DNA from: Phoronis australis
Lineage: Eukaryota > Animalia > Phoronida
Direction of reading: 5' to 3'
Length of the DNA stretch: 64,000 bases
Assembly: GCA_002633005.1 (NCBI GenBank)
Contig: NMRA01000085.1
Location: forward strand, 913,252 to 977,251
The notes under the pieces were generated by a model that was not told where the DNA came from, searched no databases, and saw nothing but the letters and a program-made list of their open reading frames with translations. Positions 57,533 to 64,000 of the stretch are shown here, piece by piece. Both the position numbers and the translations under genes were made by a program. Numbering within the stretch: the stretch's first letter is position 1; the number at the start of each line of letters is the position of its first letter.

Positions 57533-58681
57533 TATTCGCAACATCATCAGAAGTTTTAGAAAAATGAAAAATATTGGTAATTGATTTCATCTGAAATTAA
57601 TGAGATTTTAGCTTACCTGAGTAACTGAGCTCTTCTCAAACTTGCAAACAGCCATTTTCTGACAAAATGGTGACATAACGAAATTTGCTTTTTAATATCA
57701 CTGGACGATGACAGACTCAAGACAAAAGAATTTGGGCTTTGATAAGTTATTTCCAATCACCATGTTATCAAATAGCCAATGCTGTGCTGTGGGATATCCA
57801 AATGATTTGCTCAGAAAACTCAACACCACAAAATGTTTGAGAATGACAAAAATTGTGTTTTGTCTTTGACAACTTGGCCCGTCTTACTCATCAGAATTTG
57901 AAATTGAGTCTGAAGGGCCCTTCCCCACCAGACGGAAACCTGTAGCAGATGTGACTTGTGATACTGCGGAGCGTTTTCAGGTAAGGAGAATGTCCCTAAT
58001 TACAGTTGCGACCAATTCGATTGGGACTGTGTAGGTGATTCTAAGTCTGAGGGGAATTTTTTACTCATTGAAGGGGAATTTTGGGGCTTGATGATGGGAA
58101 TTGCGTGTGATTTTGAGATTTTTCGGAGGGATGGAACCGATATTCGGCCCCAAAACTAAGGCATAGAGGACCTTGGTATCACTTAAATCGAAATCACGAC
58201 AGGTTTTTAAATTAGCAACAAGCCGTCATGGTCAAAAGAACAGAAACAAAAGTGAAATTCATTATCTCCACCTGAACATATCGGTCAGCTTTCATAACAA
58301 TCCTCCACGGTTTTTTGGAGACACAGACGCCTGATGTCGAGAAGGAACGAATAGCAACATACACGTATATGTGGGAGCATAAAAACGACAATTATAGCAA
58401 TTATTTTTGAAGAAAAATAAGAGGAGAATTAGCATAGTTAAAAATCTACGACATTCGCAACGTCTATAGATTAATTTTTCATCGTAACTGTTGCAATTCA
58501 AAAGCAGAAATACCATGAGACTGTGCTCAACTAACAGCCAGTATTACAAAGCGCACGCCCACAACAGCAAACGCTGTAGGAACCATCCACCGAGAACCTT
58601 GATAGCCGTTAATAGCACATTCTAGAGTTGATTTTATTTTCCACCTGTAGGCGGAACGTTACACATAGTAAAGCAGCTAAC

Positions 58682-59505
58682 CAGTGTTCTCCACATTATA
58701 AATTCCAAACTCGAAGCAAATGTTGAATGTCAGTTACTGACATTGTTTTGTGTCTACTCATAAGCATGGTCATGCTGGAGGTATTTATATATGGTTTAAA
58801 ACTGCACACTGCACTGGTGTGACCTACTTCTTAGACACTTCAAAGTTTAGCTTTCCTACCAATGCATCTCATAATTTCTCCAAAGCATTTGACAGACCAA
58901 GAGCAGCAAACAAAAGATCAAAAGTTCCTTTAATAATACCAATGCCGATTTTAATATCAATTAGACATATTAAGTACTACTAACATGAGTTCTGATGTGA
59001 CCTAGTTTTTAGTGACACCTGTTGTCAAGTTTAATAAGCTCATAAAGTTCTAACTTGCCACTAGATGTCAGTCAAAATCAAAATTGTCTTTATTAAGCAA
59101 ATTAAATTGCTTTTTTATAGGTTGACTTGCAAAATTTTAAAGTTAGAATGACAAAGTAGATTATTCATTCAATTAAGCAAGCTAGGTGACTCCATGAAAT
59201 GTTTGTTATTTAAAGTTTTTTGCAGATTTTGTTAATTATAATTTAAACTTTTGTAGTGTCTTACGAAGTTATACATATAGTGTTGACTGCCTCTAAAGTT
59301 CTGTATTGGACTTGATGTTGGTTAATCAGGCATTGCTTTAGGGTTGAGGGCTGAAATACCAAGCCAGGACAAAAGTTCAAACCTGACGCAGCACTTTCTA
59401 AACTCGATGCGCATTTTCCAAACTCGACGCGCATTTTCCAAACTCGACGCAGCAAAATCCAAACTCGTTACAGCGTCGACTTAAAACAGGCCGTGGAGAA
59501 CACTG
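58682..59505. mobile_element. Non-autonomous hAT-like DNA transposon (824 bp) with 5-bp TSD, oriented opposite to the 40827 element
   Basis: Same TIR CAGTGTTCTCCAC at both ends; CTAAC on both flanks (58677-58681 and 59506-59510); 20-bp-period subterminal repeats containing AAACTCGACGC at about 59379-59467. Confidence 0.85.
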
Positions 59506-62011
59506 CTAACCATAAAACACTCAAAGCACATTCCATTATTGACAAGCAAATCCAGTAACATCATATCAGCTTCATGACGGAAGGTAAAAAAAAAAACAGA
59601 ACAAGTGTAAAACCACAGCTATTTTCAGAAAGCGTTTCAAATCTTTTGAAAACAAATGGTGTAGTAAATTGCTAAATTGAGCTTTCCCTACCTTTATAAA
59701 TTGCACAAGAGCATTAAGCCAACTTAAAAATTGTGTTTATCAACTTCCTTTTATAGCCACTCCTCTTGAAAATTATGTCAAGTGGTGTTTCTACCCTTAA
59801 AGGGCAAAATTAAATAAGATAAAATGAGAATGAATCAGTTTCTTAAGACAGGAAGAATATTCTAATTCTAAACAAAATACAAAATCTGACGATTACATTA
59901 TGAAATTCTGTTTTGCCATTTTTTTCAAGGAAAATAACGATTCAGAAAATTCTAGTCCATTGTGATCTTGGCCTGGACCATGCAGACGACAAAAATGTTT
60001 GGAAAAGTTTTTATTATTTACAGCAAAATATCAGCCTTTGAAAAAATAGAAAAATTACTGTTTGGGCAATGATTTTCATGTAACGTAATTAGTAGAGAAT
60101 AACAAAATGAAATTCATTAGGACATAATCACAGAAAATGAGAAGTGTCAACTTGGCTTATTTTAAGGATTGAATTTCTGTAACCATTGCAAAATCAAAAT
60201 GAAATACTTGACACTTGCCTTAGTATCAGAGTGTCCCAAGGTAATAGCTGTCAGTGAAACAACATTCAATCTACCTTGATACAAATGAAGTCAGTAAAAA
60301 CGCCACATGTATGTTCTAGCATGAAATGATTTTGAGCAAACTGACAGCACAGTTTTTTGACCGCAAGACAAAATTATTACTCTCCGAACATGATGTAGAG
60401 ACTACCTAACGGCAAGATATTAAGAAACAGATGATTTAATATTCATAATGTACATAAGCATTGTAGTCAGCTATTCAAGTAAATGTTTAACGCATGGTCA
60501 ATCTAGAAGACTCCCTGAAGTCGCAAGAAACATCGTCATTGTGTCAGCTCTGTAGGTCTGATGTAAATCAATATTTCTGAACGGATATGAATTACAATTT
60601 GCTCAAGGGATAAAACTACTCCCAGCTTGATGGCAGCATCATTACATAGTGGCTACTTGCATTTATAGGATAAAAGGGCAAACGGTAGAATATAAAAACA
60701 ATAAAAATCAAAATACTCGGAAAAAATGTCTCGAGCACCTCTTAACCCACCAAGAGTATGCGCTTCTAATTCCTCGCTTATATCGCTAAAAATAATTGCC
60801 AAACTGGACATAACCTTTTTCAAACAATGATTACCTGGATAAAAAATGAAAACTTTTACCACAATACTGTTACACACAGCACAAATCAAATCATGAATAT
60901 ACTAAAATTTTAATTAACTTTTATTTTAGTAGAAAAAATCCCAGAATATAATTTCACTGCTCCACCATATTGTGTGTTCAACAGGAGAGTGAAGTTAGTC
61001 TATGACACTCAGCCTCTCACTTTCTTTTAACAGTCTCTTGAGAGCGCGTTAATCATTTACAAAACATCACTTCATAAAACATTCAACACTTTCACTTGTA
61101 TTTCCCTTTATTCTGAAGTAAATAGTACAAAACACATTTCTGCTCCAATTGTAAATCACTTGAAGTTCAAAACTGGAGAAAATGGACGAAATGTAATTTC
61201 ACTTGTGGCCCATATCGATTCTAGACATGTCCACCATGAATGTGTACCAGTAAGATACCAGATATTGATCTAAGGTAGTTCACATCTAGGTGAGGTTACA
61301 GCCTAGAAACAACAATATAGATTTTGTAAGTCATTGACCAATTTTATACTGGCCCTGGGAACAATACATGGATAGAGTAATCCAATCTAGTGAGACCAGT
61401 CCTTCTAACAAAGCTGGTCACACAACAGGATGGTCTTTCAAGTCATCCCTTCTCAATAGGTGGGACCCTGTAATGAGATACACAGTACACAGTCACACCC
61501 ACTGGTTAAGAAAAAACATTGCATTTTCAGTCACACCTGAAGCAAATCCAAATGGTTAAAAGCAATTTAGTGTCGAGCAAACAACTGGAGACTTCTCTGT
61601 GTCTGATGTTTGGAAGTCAACCAAGAAGAGATGGCAAAACCATGGCATTCTGACCACACCCAAACTATGATGGCCAATCCCCTCTTGTTCAAGGCAGGCT
61701 CCCACAGCTCATCATGCATTTTGTTGTCTCAATGAGGTATTCTAAACTATTGGTGAACCGTAGCTTTTGGTACTTTGATCAAAAGTGAACTCAACAGTAA
61801 TCATGTATACACTTTCATAATTTTAAATTTGAATTCCAATTCAAACCATGTTTCCTGTCATCTCACTTTCATTCAATCCCATATCACCAAGTCCAAGTAT
61901 GTATCCCAACAATAAAAGACACCAGCAAAATAATTAACGAAAATTCACAGCCAGTTACGAATTCGTAAGGAGGCAGTAACATCAAACAGGCATTTCACCA
62001 GGCCTGGAAAG

Positions 62012-62509
62012 AAGGCCTTTATCCAGGATTTCGAAAATAGGGTGTCCAAAATGGGGTTCCCAATATTCCAGGGCGTCCATGATTTCGGCGCGTAACCCCC
62101 CCACCCCCAGCATTTCCCCCAAACACAGATTTTTATAAAAAAATGCACTGACCAAGGTTTTTACATCTAAGTTTACAAAACAGCCTTCTGTGGTGAGCAT
62201 TTTTACAAAAAAAAATGTAGACTAAGACTTTTACAATGCTATCAATCAATTGTGAACATAGCAACATTGTATATACTTTGTATATACATTGTATATTTCT
62301 TCCTGATTTGAAAAACAAGCCCCCCCCCCCACTGTGAGCTGAGGCAGAGGCTTCCCAGTATTCATTACAATGTGCAAAGAGTCCAAACTTGAAAGGTTCC
62401 TATTGACAGTGGGCGTCCAAATGATACATTGTGAGTCCTTGCCAGGGCGTCCATATTAGTGCTAGGGCATCCATTTGGACGCCCAGGACCTACGCTGCAT
62501 AAAGGCCTG
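62012..62509. mobile_element. Non-autonomous hAT element (498 bp) with 8-bp TSD
   Basis: TIRs of about 15 bp, (C/A)AGGCCTTTAT(C/G)CAG; TSD CTGGAAAG at 62004-62011 and 62510-62517; a homologous inverted copy lies at 50789-51312. Confidence 0.88.
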
Positions 62510-62545
62510 CTGGAAAGGTCTTTACGCACTCAGGATTTTCGGCAG

Positions 62546-62845
62546 TGACTGACTATGCAGTTAAAGAAAATCATGCCATAGTCTGGTCTAGTAAACTTCA
62601 ATAACAGATTCTAATCTGAAGATCAAGGATTACATCAGTACCAAATTTGAACCAAATAACATGAACAGAGATGAGGGGGGTTACAAGATCAGCTGACTGA
62701 CTGACTATGCAGTTAAAGAAAATCATGCCATAGTCTGGTCTAGTAAACTTCAATAACAGATTCTAATCTGAAGATCAAGGATTACATCAGTACCAAATTT
62801 GAACCAAATAACATGAACAGAGATGAGGGGGGTTACAAGATCAGC
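62546..62845. repeat. Perfect 148-bp tandem duplication with a 4-bp TGAC spacer
   Basis: 62546-62693 equals 62698-62845; no N at the junction. Confidence 0.9.
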
Positions 62846-63452
62846 CCTTTGACAAACAGCCTGACAGCAATGATGTACGCTGATGAAGACAGCAGCGACA
62901 ATTGGTTGAAGATAACTTTTTAATCTGAGGTGATTTTGAATATTTGGACATAAAGACGATATCTTTTGTCATTCATTCATTCACTTTCCTGATAAAGTTC
63001 TTTGCTAAAATAAGCCAAAGTGGGAAGAAAAAAAATTTCAAGACAGTAAATTAAGAAAAAAGAAAGGTATATATACACAGGAAAATAATGGCAGCCAAAT
63101 TTCGGTTGATTTGTAAGATTTTCAAGAAGAAAACTGGAAATCACTGTTTCAGTTTTCTAAATCATCATCTTATTTTCGTTTTATGCAACTTTTGATTTTT
63201 TCATGACAGCAACTCCTGGAAAAGCAGATTCTTTTATTAAAAGCCAATTCCTAACAACATTTTGAAGAACAAAGCACACTATCTGAAAGTTCCATATGAA
63301 TACAAAGAGATTTCAGACATATGATGTTCTAAACTAACCATATTTAGCCAAACAACCTGCATAACCACAAAACCAAAAAATTCCCAGTAAAATGACTCAT
63401 AGTCATGCATTGACATAGCAACTAACTTACAAGTCAACATTACATTAATGGG

Positions 63453-63513
63453 GGCACCCGTTGGCACGGCACCCGTTGCATGGCATCCGTTGGCATGGCA
63501 CCCGTTGGCATGG
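63453..63513. repeat. GC-rich minisatellite of about 15 bp, 4 copies
   Basis: Unit GGCACCCGTTGGCAT with small variants. Confidence 0.85.
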
Positions 63514-64000
63514 GTCAAAATGTGTTTTTTAGGTCGTTACTTAAAATTTCAGGCTGGAACAAAATCAGTGTTTGAGCTTCAGCAAATAAATGTGCTGGCT
63601 TGGCGGGCCACGTACTTGAATATGAGACCACATTCACATGTGCCTATATGTGAAAGTTTACTGGCCCGGCCGCAAATCCACTAGCCCTGGCTACCCTGGT
63701 TTTGTAAAGTTTAATGTCTGTAACTATTAGTTCTAAAGTTTTTTCTAACGGTGTGAAATACTTTCTATTTACTGGCTTTTCTTCAAGTTTTAAAAGCAAG
63801 ACGCAAAAACACTGATCCTGAGATCTGTCAATAGCCAAGGGTAGCTTGTTATTAGCTATGGGTGTGCATTTGAAATCAAAAGTATTGGAAAGTCGAGTGA
63901 GTGTTTACCCGAACAGTCAATTTGGTTTAACACCAGGGTGCTTCATCGATATGTTAACTATATCACTACAAAAAAATTTGAAATAAAGTATGATGATAAA

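Noticed and set aside
57617-57658. Exon-like segment with ATG (MAVCKFEKSSVTQ|gtaagc) as a candidate NPDC1 first exon
   Set aside because: It is not a signal peptide, it is phase 0 while the preferred acceptor at 50563 needs phase 1, and its donor overlaps a MITE end.
59379-59467. Regularly spaced short repeats (also 40861-40952 and 2477-2552) resembling a CRISPR array
   Set aside because: The 20-28 bp period leaves no room for unique spacers, the context is eukaryotic and there are no cas genes. They are explained as transposon subterminal repeats or a minisatellite.

Overview
This is AT-rich eukaryotic (animal-type) genomic DNA, not prokaryotic; an invertebrate source, possibly a deuterostome, is inferred but not shown. 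One spliced gene spans the window on the minus strand: an NPDC1/CAB-1 family type I membrane protein (neural proliferation differentiation and control 1). Seven phase-compatible GT-AG exons between 50563 and 6338 encode about 280 aa: a Cys-rich ectodomain, a spacer, a TM helix and the conserved cytoplasmic MYHYQ and YTVYECPGLAPTGEMEVKNPLF motifs. The signal-peptide exon was not found and probably lies beyond 64000. The introns hold many non-autonomous DNA transposons: two hAT-like elements with 5-bp TSDs, one 8-bp-TSD hAT family and TA-flanked Tc1/mariner MITEs. They also hold a palindromic element with a tRNA-like core and a 95-bp-arm hairpin. Three apparent tandem duplications each straddle a single-N join and are most likely two alleles assembled side by side. 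Nearly all ORF-track entries are spurious. I found no convincing new multi-gene system; the best leads are the mobile and structured elements.
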